This document shows positions 38,421 to 47,101 of a DNA stretch of 64,000 nt, piece after piece. The position numbers and the translations under genes were made by a program. This stretch comes from a candidate division FCPU426 bacterium (GTDB taxonomy: Bacteria > Oederibacteriota > PGYV01 > Palsa-1178), in the NCBI GenBank assembly GCA_963840035.1, contig CAWIXE010000002.1, positions 704,001-768,000 on the forward strand. The letters run 5' to 3'. Positions within the stretch are counted from its first letter, which is position 1. Each line of letters starts with the position of its first letter. The notes below the pieces were generated by a model. The model saw only the letters and a list, made by a program, of their open reading frames with translations, made no database searches and was not told the DNA's origin.

Positions 38421-41400
38421 ATGAAATCAAAAGCAGGTTCGGCCAAAGCGTTTGGAATATGCCTCGGCGCGTCCACAATAAGCGCGGTTGAGGTAATAAA
38501 AGAGGGAAATGATATAAAAATAGGCAGGATAATACGCAAAGAGCATGACGGCAACCCGCGTGAGATTTTCGGCGAGGTTGTAAATGAACTCAATACGGGC
38601 GACGCGCCGGTGCTGGTAACAGGCAGGCGTTTCAGGAGTTTTGTAAGTCTTCCTTCGGTAACAGAACCGGAAGCTGTAGAATCAGCCCTTCATTACATAC
38701 ATACCAGGACAGGTTCTACCGCGCATGAAAAATATGACGCCCTTGTTTCAGCCGGCGGCGAGACTTTCATGGTATACAGGCTTGATGACGACCAGCGTAT
38801 AGTGGGTATTTCCACCGGTAATAAATGCGCTTCAGGGACCGGGGAGTTTTTCCTTCAGCAGATAAAGAGGATGGACCTTACCATAGAAAAAGCCGTGGAA
38901 GCCGCTGTAAACGGAGACCCGTACAGCGTCTCGGGCCGTTGTTCCGTATTCTGCAAGTCGGACTGCACACACGCGCTTAATAAAGGCGTTCCGGTATCCG
39001 ATGTCACGGCCGGCCTTTGCGAGATGATAGCCTCCAAGATTATTGAACTTGTCGTAAAAATCCCGCATAACAGGGTGCTGGTTACAGGAGGAACAGCGCT
39101 GAATGCGGCAGTAATTAAGCATGTAAAAAAGCACTTAAAACATATCCATGTGCCGGAAGAAGCCCCGTATTTTGAGGCGCTCGGCGCGGCAATAGCAGCC
39201 TTTGATAAAGGCGAGAAAGCCAAGGAAAATCTTTTTAAGGAAGGCGAGTCAAGCTTTAACCCGCTGCCTTCACTCAAAGAGGCGGAGTCGCTTGTTGTTT
39301 TTAATGAGTTCAAACACGGTAAGGTTAAGGACGGCGATGAATGCATAGTGGGCCTTGATGTGGGTTCCACAACGACAAAAGCCACGCTCATGCGCTTATC
39401 GGACGAAAAGGTGCTCGCGTCCATATACCTTCGCACCAACGGACAGCCGGTGGAAGCTTCTCGCAAATGTTTTGAGTCTTTAATCGAGCAGACCGCCGGA
39501 GTCAAATTTAAAGTAACCGGCATAGGCGTTACAGGTTCAGGCAGGCAGATTGCCGGGCTCTACGCGCTCACTGACGGCATTATAAATGAAATAATCGCGC
39601 ACGCTTCGGCGGCCGTATATTTTGACCCGGAAGTCGACACCATATTTGAAATCGGCGGCCAGGACGCGAAGTACACGCACTTAACCAACGGCGTTGCCTC
39701 TGATTACGCCATGAATGAGGCCTGCTCGGCAGGCACGGGTTCGTTCCTTGAAGAAGCCGCTTATGAATCGCTCGGCGTGGATTACAGGGAGATAGCGGAC
39801 CTTGCGATAAAAGGCGTCAACCCGCCCAACTTCAATGACCAGTGCGCGGCGTTCATATCATCGGACATCAAGAACGCCACGCATGAAGGCATTTCGCGCA
39901 ATGACATTCTGGCGGGTCTTGTTTATTCCATATGCTTTAACTACACAAACCGCGTAAAAGGCCACAGGCCCGTGGGCAACAAGATATTCATGCAGGGCGG
40001 CGTATGCTATAACAAAGCCGTGCCGCTTGCCATGGCGTCCATAATGAAAAAACAGATCATAGTGCCGCCGGACCCGGGCATGATGGGCGCGTTTGGAGTT
40101 GCCCTCGAACTTAAGAAAAGGCTTAACCTGGGGCTTATTGAGAAAAAGGAATTTGACCTTAAAGCCATCATCGGCAGGAAAGTGGTAAATGAAAAGCCCT
40201 TTATCTGCGCCGGCGGCAAGGAAAAATGCGACCTGAAGTGCTCCATCAATATGATAAGGATAGAGGAAAAAGTTTATCCCTTTGGCGGGGCGTGTAACAG
40301 GTATTACAACCAGCGCTTCAGTATAACCGTTGATGACAAAGACCTTGACCTCGTAAAAGCCAGAAATGAGCTGGCGTTCGGCAAGTACAGCCCGCCGGCA
40401 AAGCTTCCGGCAAAGGCGCCGGTAATAGGCATTAATAAATCGCTGATAGTTTATCAGCTATTTCCTTTGTATTATAACTTTTTTACAACGCTCGGCTGCA
40501 AGGTCGTCACATCGACTGAAGTCGTCGAGGAAGCCACGCACAGGCACACCACGTCATTTTGTTATCCGGCGCAGGTTTCCATCGGGCTTTTTGACAGCCT
40601 GATATCGCTTAAGCCTGATTTTTATTTTATGCCGCACACGGAAGAGCTGCCTGTCGAAGGCGGAATGAAGAGGAAGGAATTCTCCTCCACATGCATATTT
40701 ACCCAGGGCGAGGCCTTCTGGATGCGCCAGATATTCAAGGACAAGCTTGAAAAAGAAAAGGTGCTTTCGCCCACGCTGAACTTCGCCAACGGGTTTGACA
40801 AGGAAACCGAAAACTTTATTAAGATAGGAAAGAAACTCGGCTTTTCCGCCAAAAAATCACGCGCCGCTTTTGAAAAAGCCATAAAAGTCCAGCAGGCGTA
40901 CCGCGACGAGAAAAAGGAAATGGGAAGGCTGGCGCTGGAAGAACTCCACAAGCACCCTGAAAAGATAGCCATAGTGCTCTTCGGGCCGCCGCATAACGCG
41001 CTCTCGGACGAGACCAATAAGGGAATACCGAAAAAACTTACGTCGCGCGGATATATGATAATGCCTTTTGACATACTCCCGACGGAAAAAGAAACCATAG
41101 AAGACCCGCACGAGGATTACATGCACTGGGAAATGGGACAGAAGATCATAAGGGGCTCGCAGATTGTAAAGAAAGACCCCCAGCTCTTCGGCCTGTATAT
41201 TACAAACTTCCTGTGCGCCATTGACTCACTGCTGGTGACATATTTCAGGCGTATCATGAAATCCAAGCCGTCATTGACCCTCGAGATTGACGGACACACG
41301 GCTGACGCAGGCATAGACACCAGGGTGGAAGCTTACCTTGATGTTATTAAGAATTATAATGAAGTCCAGAAGAAAGCGGTCGCTAAAACGGCGGACACTT

Positions 41401-42782
41401 TCGTGCCTGCCATCATTGACGTCACGGCAAGCGGCATGTTCTTCGTGGATTCGAAAGGCAAGAAATTCGCGTTAACAGACCCAAATGTAAAGCTTATAAT
41501 TCCTAACATGGGCGACACGGCGGCACTCAGCCTTGCGGCCGTATTCAGGAACCAGGGAATACGCGCTGAAGGCATGCCTGTCTCGGACAGGGAAGCCTTA
41601 AGGCTGGGACGCAGCGTAACAACCGGCAAAGAGTGCCTTCCCATGGTGCTGTGTATCGGTTCCATGCTGCGCTATTTAAAGCACAGGACAAACCCGAATG
41701 AAAAGCTTGTTGTTTTCCAGCCGCGCGCCGCGGGTTACTGCAGGCTCGGCCAGTACCACGTTTATATGAACATGCTTATTAAAGAAAGAAAACTTGAGGA
41801 TGTGGCGCTGCTTTCGCTCGCGAACGAGGAACGCTATACCGGCGTCGGGCCGACATTCACGCTTAACGCGTGGAAAGGCCTGCTCGTGGCTGACGTAATG
41901 GACGATGTAAGAAACGCCATATGGACCATAGCGACCGATCCGGTTAAAGGCGAAAAAATATTTGATGTTGAGTATGACAAATTAATGCAGTCCCTGGACG
42001 GCAGCTCCAAAGTTGATTTTTACAGGCAGCTGAAGGCTTCCATGGCTGAACTGAAGAAAATTCCCAAGAAAGTTGAACTTGATAAAACGCCTGAAGTGGC
42101 GGTTGTCGGCGAGATATTCGTCCGCAGGGATTCTTTCTCAAACAAGGACATTGCCAAAAGGCTCGCGGAAAAAGGTTACATAGCAAAAGTCGGGCACTTA
42201 ACAGAGTGGCTGTATTACCTTAACTATATGATCAAGCATAAGCTCCACGTGCCTGATTACACCATGCTGGGCTGGCTTGAGTTTGTCCTCTCCGACGCCA
42301 CGCAGAGGTTCGTTGAGGTGAAGGTAAAAAAGATCATAGCTGAATCAGGGTTCTATAATGTTGAATTGGTGGACATTGAGGATATCATCAGGTACTCGGA
42401 ACATATAGTGCCGAAAGATTTAAAAGGCGAGCCCGGGCTTATAATGGGAATAACGCTTCGCGACATATTCTCAAAATACGCGGGTATAGTCAACATCGGC
42501 CCGTTCTCCTGCATGCCTGTGCGCTTTACCGAAGCCATCATGGCCAACAGCCTTGACATGAAAAGCAGGGAAGAGGCGTATAAAAGCGCGGGCAAAGCCA
42601 TGAACAATAAGTCCTTCAGGGATACGGAGCGCATACCGTTTCTGACCATAGAAGCGGACGGCAACCCGTACCCGCAGCTTTTAGAGGCGCGTTTTGAAAG
42701 TTTCTGCCTGCAGGCAGGAAGGATAGCCAAAACGCAGGGCAAGGAACTTTACATAAAAGAATTAGCCGTTAAAAAAGTATAA
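38421..42782 (+). CDS. CoA-substrate-specific enzyme activase (two ASKHA ATPase domains plus DUF2229/dehydratase-like regions)
   Basis: KCASGTG, CSVF, GLDVGSTTTK, IGGQDAK, NEACSAGTG, ECLP, GPFSCMP. Confidence 0.9.
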   Translation: MKSKAGSAKAFGICLGASTISAVEVIKEGNDIKIGRIIRKEHDGNPREIFGEVVNELNTGDAPVLVTGRRFRSFVSLPSVTEPEAVESALHYIHTRTGSTAHEKYDALVSAGGETFMVYRLDDDQRIVGISTGNKCASGTGEFFLQQIKRMDLTIEKAVEAAVNGDPYSVSGRCSVFCKSDCTHALNKGVPVSDVTAGLCEMIASKIIELVVKIPHNRVLVTGGTALNAAVIKHVKKHLKHIHVPEEAPYFEALGAAIAAFDKGEKAKENLFKEGESSFNPLPSLKEAESLVVFNEFKHGKVKDGDECIVGLDVGSTTTKATLMRLSDEKVLASIYLRTNGQPVEASRKCFESLIEQTAGVKFKVTGIGVTGSGRQIAGLYALTDGIINEIIAHASAAVYFDPEVDTIFEIGGQDAKYTHLTNGVASDYAMNEACSAGTGSFLEEAAYESLGVDYREIADLAIKGVNPPNFNDQCAAFISSDIKNATHEGISRNDILAGLVYSICFNYTNRVKGHRPVGNKIFMQGGVCYNKAVPLAMASIMKKQIIVPPDPGMMGAFGVALELKKRLNLGLIEKKEFDLKAIIGRKVVNEKPFICAGGKEKCDLKCSINMIRIEEKVYPFGGACNRYYNQRFSITVDDKDLDLVKARNELAFGKYSPPAKLPAKAPVIGINKSLIVYQLFPLYYNFFTTLGCKVVTSTEVVEEATHRHTTSFCYPAQVSIGLFDSLISLKPDFYFMPHTEELPVEGGMKRKEFSSTCIFTQGEAFWMRQIFKDKLEKEKVLSPTLNFANGFDKETENFIKIGKKLGFSAKKSRAAFEKAIKVQQAYRDEKKEMGRLALEELHKHPEKIAIVLFGPPHNALSDETNKGIPKKLTSRGYMIMPFDILPTEKETIEDPHEDYMHWEMGQKIIRGSQIVKKDPQLFGLYITNFLCAIDSLLVTYFRRIMKSKPSLTLEIDGHTADAGIDTRVEAYLDVIKNYNEVQKKAVAKTADTFVPAIIDVTASGMFFVDSKGKKFALTDPNVKLIIPNMGDTAALSLAAVFRNQGIRAEGMPVSDREALRLGRSVTTGKECLPMVLCIGSMLRYLKHRTNPNEKLVVFQPRAAGYCRLGQYHVYMNMLIKERKLEDVALLSLANEERYTGVGPTFTLNAWKGLLVADVMDDVRNAIWTIATDPVKGEKIFDVEYDKLMQSLDGSSKVDFYRQLKASMAELKKIPKKVELDKTPEVAVVGEIFVRRDSFSNKDIAKRLAEKGYIAKVGHLTEWLYYLNYMIKHKLHVPDYTMLGWLEFVLSDATQRFVEVKVKKIIAESGFYNVELVDIEDIIRYSEHIVPKDLKGEPGLIMGITLRDIFSKYAGIVNIGPFSCMPVRFTEAIMANSLDMKSREEAYKSAGKAMNNKSFRDTERIPFLTIEADGNPYPQLLEARFESFCLQAGRIAKTQGKELYIKELAVKKV

Positions 42783-42802
42783 TAATGCTTCACGGGAGTC
42801 AC

Positions 42803-44623
42803 ATGCAAAAGAGGATAACGCTGCTTGTTTTTTTAATGGCGGCGTTTTCCTCTTTTTGCTTTTCCGATAACGTGGCTCTTTGTTACCATAAGTTCGGATA
42901 CTCCATCAGTGATATTTATTCCGTGCTTCCCGAGGTGCTGGAGTGGCAGTTAAGTTATATTAAAAAGCAGGGCATACCTGTGACAAATATGGAAGGGCTT
43001 GAAAATATCCTCTGCCAGGAAAAGGAAGCTGAGAACCCGAGCGTATTGCTTACCGTTGACGACGGGTGGAAAAGCAGCAAGAATATCCTGCCCATCCTCG
43101 CGCGTCAGCAGGTCACCGCGATGTTCTTTCTTTATCCCATAGTCATTCACAAGGATGTAAAAAAATACCTGACGCCGTCCGACCTTCATAATGTCATGAA
43201 AAGCCCGTGGGTCGAGTTCGGCTGCCACAGTTATTCTCACCCGGTCCTTTCCAAAATTGATGACAAACAGCTTTATCATGAGGTTGTGGACTCAAAGCAA
43301 CGGCTTGAGCAATGGCTGGGAACGACTTTAAATGTCATGGCGTATCCTTACGGCATGGCGAACAAACGGGTCAGGGACTTCTGCAGGAAGCATTATGAAT
43401 ACGGATTTACCGCAAGCGACGGGGTTAATAATTTTTCCACGGACCACTTTGATTTAAAGAGATTTATCATTTACAGGAACACCACTTTTGGCGAATTCAA
43501 GGATATTATCAGCAGGGCCAATGGCAAAAAAGAGGCAAAGGAATACAAACTTGTCAAAATAGGCAGGAACGACGATTACGGCAAGTACGGAATATTCCCG
43601 GACAATAAGTATTACAGATTCCCGCCGGGAAAAACAGCGGAAGCGCCTGAGGTTATCTTCATACCGTCATCAGGCCTGGGCCCGGGCTGGTTATATATGA
43701 CCATAAAGAAAGCTGTCGCGGGAAACATGGCGTGCGGCGTTATGGTAAACAGGAACAATAATATCCCTTTTTACCGCGGTGAAAAGGACATATACAAAGC
43801 CGCCAAAAACTGGGGGCTGCCCGCGTATATGGAAGACCTGAAAGAAGGCCTTGATTTTGCCATGAAAGGCGGAAAAAAGGCCGTGATTGTCACGTGGGGC
43901 GACGGTTTCGATGTGCTTATATCCCTGCTGTCACAGCCCGGGGACGATTTTTCCTCCCGGATAAAAGGCATTATCGCCATAAATCCGATGCTTCCCAAGG
44001 GCGATAACGGAGATGACTTCTACAGGCGCAACCACGAAGAATTATTAAAACAGATAGCTGACGGCAAATACATTTCATCGGGGCCGCAGGATTTCCTGGA
44101 GTTTAAGACATTATCCGACCTGGCATACTTAAAACCGAAATCTGCAAGCCCGTTCGCCGCGCGGTATGAATACGGCGATAAAATATCAAATAAAGAACTG
44201 CTCGCGTCAGTCCTGAATTCTTCAAGCAACCCTGATATGGCGCTGGATTACAAAAGCGCGTATTTTACCGACGGCAGCTTCTGGAAGGCGTTCATGCAGC
44301 CGCTTCCGCTGTTTCCGCAGGTAATACCCACGGCTTTGCTCGACGACATAAACATGCTTGAGCTTAATAATTTCAAGCTGGAAAGCGCCGGGGTGCCGGG
44401 TCCTGTGAAACTGTCAATGCCTGTGTCTTATGCTTATACAGATAATTACGCGGCGTCTGTAAAAAAGGCGAGGGAACTCTTCCCGGGAACAGGGATTGCC
44501 GCCGAATATAAAGCGGGCCCTGTAAAGACCATGGAAGCCATGCTGTCCTCGGGTGTGTCCGATTTCATACTGCGGACGGCCGGGGAAATGATGAATGAAG
44601 GGCAATTTAAAATTCAAAATTAG
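42803..44623 (+). CDS. Secreted polysaccharide deacetylase (CE4/NodB) with a C-terminal alpha/beta-hydrolase-like domain
   Basis: LCYH, TVDDG, HSYSH, AYPYG; signal peptide from ATG 42803. Confidence 0.8.
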   Translation: MQKRITLLVFLMAAFSSFCFSDNVALCYHKFGYSISDIYSVLPEVLEWQLSYIKKQGIPVTNMEGLENILCQEKEAENPSVLLTVDDGWKSSKNILPILARQQVTAMFFLYPIVIHKDVKKYLTPSDLHNVMKSPWVEFGCHSYSHPVLSKIDDKQLYHEVVDSKQRLEQWLGTTLNVMAYPYGMANKRVRDFCRKHYEYGFTASDGVNNFSTDHFDLKRFIIYRNTTFGEFKDIISRANGKKEAKEYKLVKIGRNDDYGKYGIFPDNKYYRFPPGKTAEAPEVIFIPSSGLGPGWLYMTIKKAVAGNMACGVMVNRNNNIPFYRGEKDIYKAAKNWGLPAYMEDLKEGLDFAMKGGKKAVIVTWGDGFDVLISLLSQPGDDFSSRIKGIIAINPMLPKGDNGDDFYRRNHEELLKQIADGKYISSGPQDFLEFKTLSDLAYLKPKSASPFAARYEYGDKISNKELLASVLNSSSNPDMALDYKSAYFTDGSFWKAFMQPLPLFPQVIPTALLDDINMLELNNFKLESAGVPGPVKLSMPVSYAYTDNYAASVKKARELFPGTGIAAEYKAGPVKTMEAMLSSGVSDFILRTAGEMMNEGQFKIQN

Positions 44624-44714
44624 AAATATAAAATTATGGAGTGCTGTGGCACGTTATATTATAATATTGCTGGGGCCGTGTTTTGGCCCGCGGCAATAAA
44701 CGCTGGAGGCAAAT

Positions 44715-45146
44715 ATGACAAAAACTGACAGGGCAGGCGAGTTGTTTAAGAGCGGGTTTAACTGTTCTCAGGCTGTGTTTACGGCTTTTAAGCAGGATTC
44801 AATTGATGAAAAGACCGCCCTAAAACTTTCCACAATATTTGGCGCGGGCGTGGCTGCGCAGGGCGCGGGCGTGTGCGGCGCGGTTTCAGGAGCCCTGATG
44901 GCTATTTCATTAAAACACGGCAGGGAAAACCTTGAGGCCGTTGACGCAAAGACAAAAACTTATGAGCTTGGGAGACAGTTTATGGCAAAGTTTGAGGAAG
45001 AAAACGGCTCTGTCATGTGCGAGAAACTGCTTGGGATAAACATAGGAACACCTGAGAATATGCAGAAGGCAAATGAGGCGGGATTGTTTAAGACAAAATG
45101 CTATAATCTGGTTCTATCAGCGGGGAAGATTTTAGAGGGATTGTAG
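44715..45146 (+). CDS. C_GCAxxG_C_C family putative redox protein
   Basis: FNCSQA, VCGAVSG, MCEKL, KC. Confidence 0.9.
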   Translation: MTKTDRAGELFKSGFNCSQAVFTAFKQDSIDEKTALKLSTIFGAGVAAQGAGVCGAVSGALMAISLKHGRENLEAVDAKTKTYELGRQFMAKFEEENGSVMCEKLLGINIGTPENMQKANEAGLFKTKCYNLVLSAGKILEGL

Positions 45147-45162
45147 GTTTGTAGAGATTTCT

Positions 45163-45225
45163 GTAGAGACGCAGCTTGCTGCGTCTCAAACGTTGAAGGC
45201 AAGACACAGCAAGCTGTGTCTCTAC
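45163..45225. repeat. GTAG REP doublet
   Basis: GTAGAGACGCAGCTTGCTGCGTCTC ... AGACACAGCAAGCTGTGTCTCTAC. Confidence 0.85.
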
Positions 45226-45246
45226 AACAACACAAGGGAGCTAATC

Positions 45247-45999
45247 TTGGCGTACTTTAAATACAACGACAAAAAAGTTTATTTCAATACTTACGGCAAA
45301 AAAGGACCGTTCCTGCTTTTATTGCACGGTAATACAACGGCGTCCTCCATGTTCAAGAAAGAAATCGTGCGTTTTTATTCCAAGTATTTTAAAGTCTTTA
45401 CCTTTGATTATCCGGGCCACGGCAAGTCTGAAAAGATTGATAAATTCCCTGAAGATTTCTGGTATGAGAACGCGAAAGTCGCAATCTCGTTATTTGAGCG
45501 CCTAGGCGTGGATAAAGCATACATAGTCGGGACAAGCGGCGGAGCCATGGTGGGGCTTAATATAGCGCTGGAAAGACCTGATTTGGCCATAAAATGCGTG
45601 TGTGACAGCTTTATCGGGGATAGGATGCCTGTTGCCATGGCTGAGAAGATAAAAGAAGCCAGGATGCAGGAGAAGAGCGGCGAGATGGGTTTCGCGTGGT
45701 TTATGCTTCACGGTTTTAAGTGGGAAAAGGTTGTGGATATGGATACGGAGATGATCCTGAATGCCGCGAAAAAATCCCTGAAGTTTTTCCATAAAGACCC
45801 GGCGGCTGTAACTGTGCCTGTACTTTTAACAGCAAGCAAGGTTGATGAAATGCTGCCGGGGATAGAAAAGACGTACAACGATTTAAAGTCAAAAAACAGC
45901 AAATATGAAGTGCATATGTTTGAACATGGAAGCCATATGACCATGCTGACGAACAGGTATGATTTTACGAGAGTGGTTAAAGACTACTTCAACCGTTAA
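45247..45999 (+). CDS. Alpha/beta hydrolase
   Basis: LLHG, DYPGHGKS, GTSGG nucleophile elbow, Asp, GSH; TTG start after GGGAG. Confidence 0.9.
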   Translation: MAYFKYNDKKVYFNTYGKKGPFLLLLHGNTTASSMFKKEIVRFYSKYFKVFTFDYPGHGKSEKIDKFPEDFWYENAKVAISLFERLGVDKAYIVGTSGGAMVGLNIALERPDLAIKCVCDSFIGDRMPVAMAEKIKEARMQEKSGEMGFAWFMLHGFKWEKVVDMDTEMILNAAKKSLKFFHKDPAAVTVPVLLTASKVDEMLPGIEKTYNDLKSKNSKYEVHMFEHGSHMTMLTNRYDFTRVVKDYFNR

Positions 46000-46009
46000 T
46001 GTAAAAATT

Positions 46010-46090
46010 CGGGCGACCCACCGGGTCGCCCCTACGAAAGCAAGGCGGGATTTGTCCTGTTCTCGTAGGAGCGAGCCGGTGGCTCGCCCG
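46010..46090. repeat. Two GTAGGGGCGA-family REPs in the opposite mutual orientation to 8708-8820
   Basis: GGGCGACCCACCGGGTCGCCCCTAC ... GTAGGAGCGAGCCGGTGGCTCGCCC. Confidence 0.85.
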
Positions 46091-46103
46091 GTTTTGTTTT
46101 GCC

Positions 46104-46262
46104 TTATTTTTGTTTTTTAAGTTCTTCAAGTATTTCTTTTAAAGTTTTATCAATCGACCACAGCTTTATCGGCGCCAAAAATATCATTACCGCTAGCATG
46201 ATGCCGACAATGACCATCAGGACATAAAAGAACGTCATCAAACTGAACCCTGCATCCACCAT
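46104..46262 (-). CDS. 52-aa single-TM membrane protein (not in ORF track)
   Basis: AAGGAGG RBS; MVDAGFSLMTFFYVLMVIVGIMLAVMIFLAPIKLWSIDKTLKEILEELKKQK. Confidence 0.8.
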   Translation of the reverse strand: MVDAGFSLMTFFYVLMVIVGIMLAVMIFLAPIKLWSIDKTLKEILEELKKQK

Positions 46263-46357
46263 AAAAAACCTCCTTAAATTATAGAACGTATTTTAGTTTT
46301 GTGTTATATTATAATTGTAAATGGAAAATTGTAAATAGTAAATTTAAAGGAGTTCTC

Positions 46358-46972
46358 ATGGGCAGCACGGTATACTTGGAGCGCATACAGACAAAAGTCC
46401 CGCTGGAAAATATCATGTTCCGCATGGGTTATAAAAAGGGCATGACGCAGATATCGGCGGAACAGCAGAAATCCATAGATGACGGGATAAAACTCGGCGA
46501 AATGTTATGCGAGCTTAAAGGCGCGTATGAATTCATAAAAATTGATTCTATCAGGGGCGGTGCTATTACGCTTGCAAACGGCATATCCTTTGAAAGCAGG
46601 CAGCTCTGCGGATTATTTCAGGGGTGCGAGGAAGTCCTGCTGACCGCGGCTACGGCAGGGAACGCAATAATAGAACGCCGCGACGCTGAGATAAAAGGCG
46701 GCAACGCCTCGCTCGGGATAATTCTTGACGCTGTCGGTTCGGAGACGGCTGACACAGGCCTGGACTGGATGGAGGAATTCTTAAAAGCCCAGTCCGCGAA
46801 AAAAGCCAGGACAATAACAAGGCGTTTTTCACCCGGTTATGGCGACTTGAGGCTGGCGTATCAGAAGGATATTTACGACGCGATGAAGCTTTCAAAGATA
46901 GGCATCACCATTACGGATAGGTATTTGTTATCCCCGGAGAAGTCGGTTATCGCGGTGGCGGGAGTTCTGTAA
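46358..46972 (+). CDS. Stand-alone methionine synthase reactivation domain (TM0269-like)
   Basis: AATAG, LDAVGSE, RRFSPGYGD, PEKS; adjacent to metH. Confidence 0.88.
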   Translation: MGSTVYLERIQTKVPLENIMFRMGYKKGMTQISAEQQKSIDDGIKLGEMLCELKGAYEFIKIDSIRGGAITLANGISFESRQLCGLFQGCEEVLLTAATAGNAIIERRDAEIKGGNASLGIILDAVGSETADTGLDWMEEFLKAQSAKKARTITRRFSPGYGDLRLAYQKDIYDAMKLSKIGITITDRYLLSPEKSVIAVAGVL

Positions 46973-47101
46973 AACCGTTCGGAGGGTGGAGGGTAGAGTC
47001 CGAAGTTAGAAGCCTTTGCGTTTGTAAATCGTAAGTTTCTGTGCTATTATTGATTTATCGACCGGGAATTCCCAATAATAAAATTAAACAATGGAGTATT
47101 T

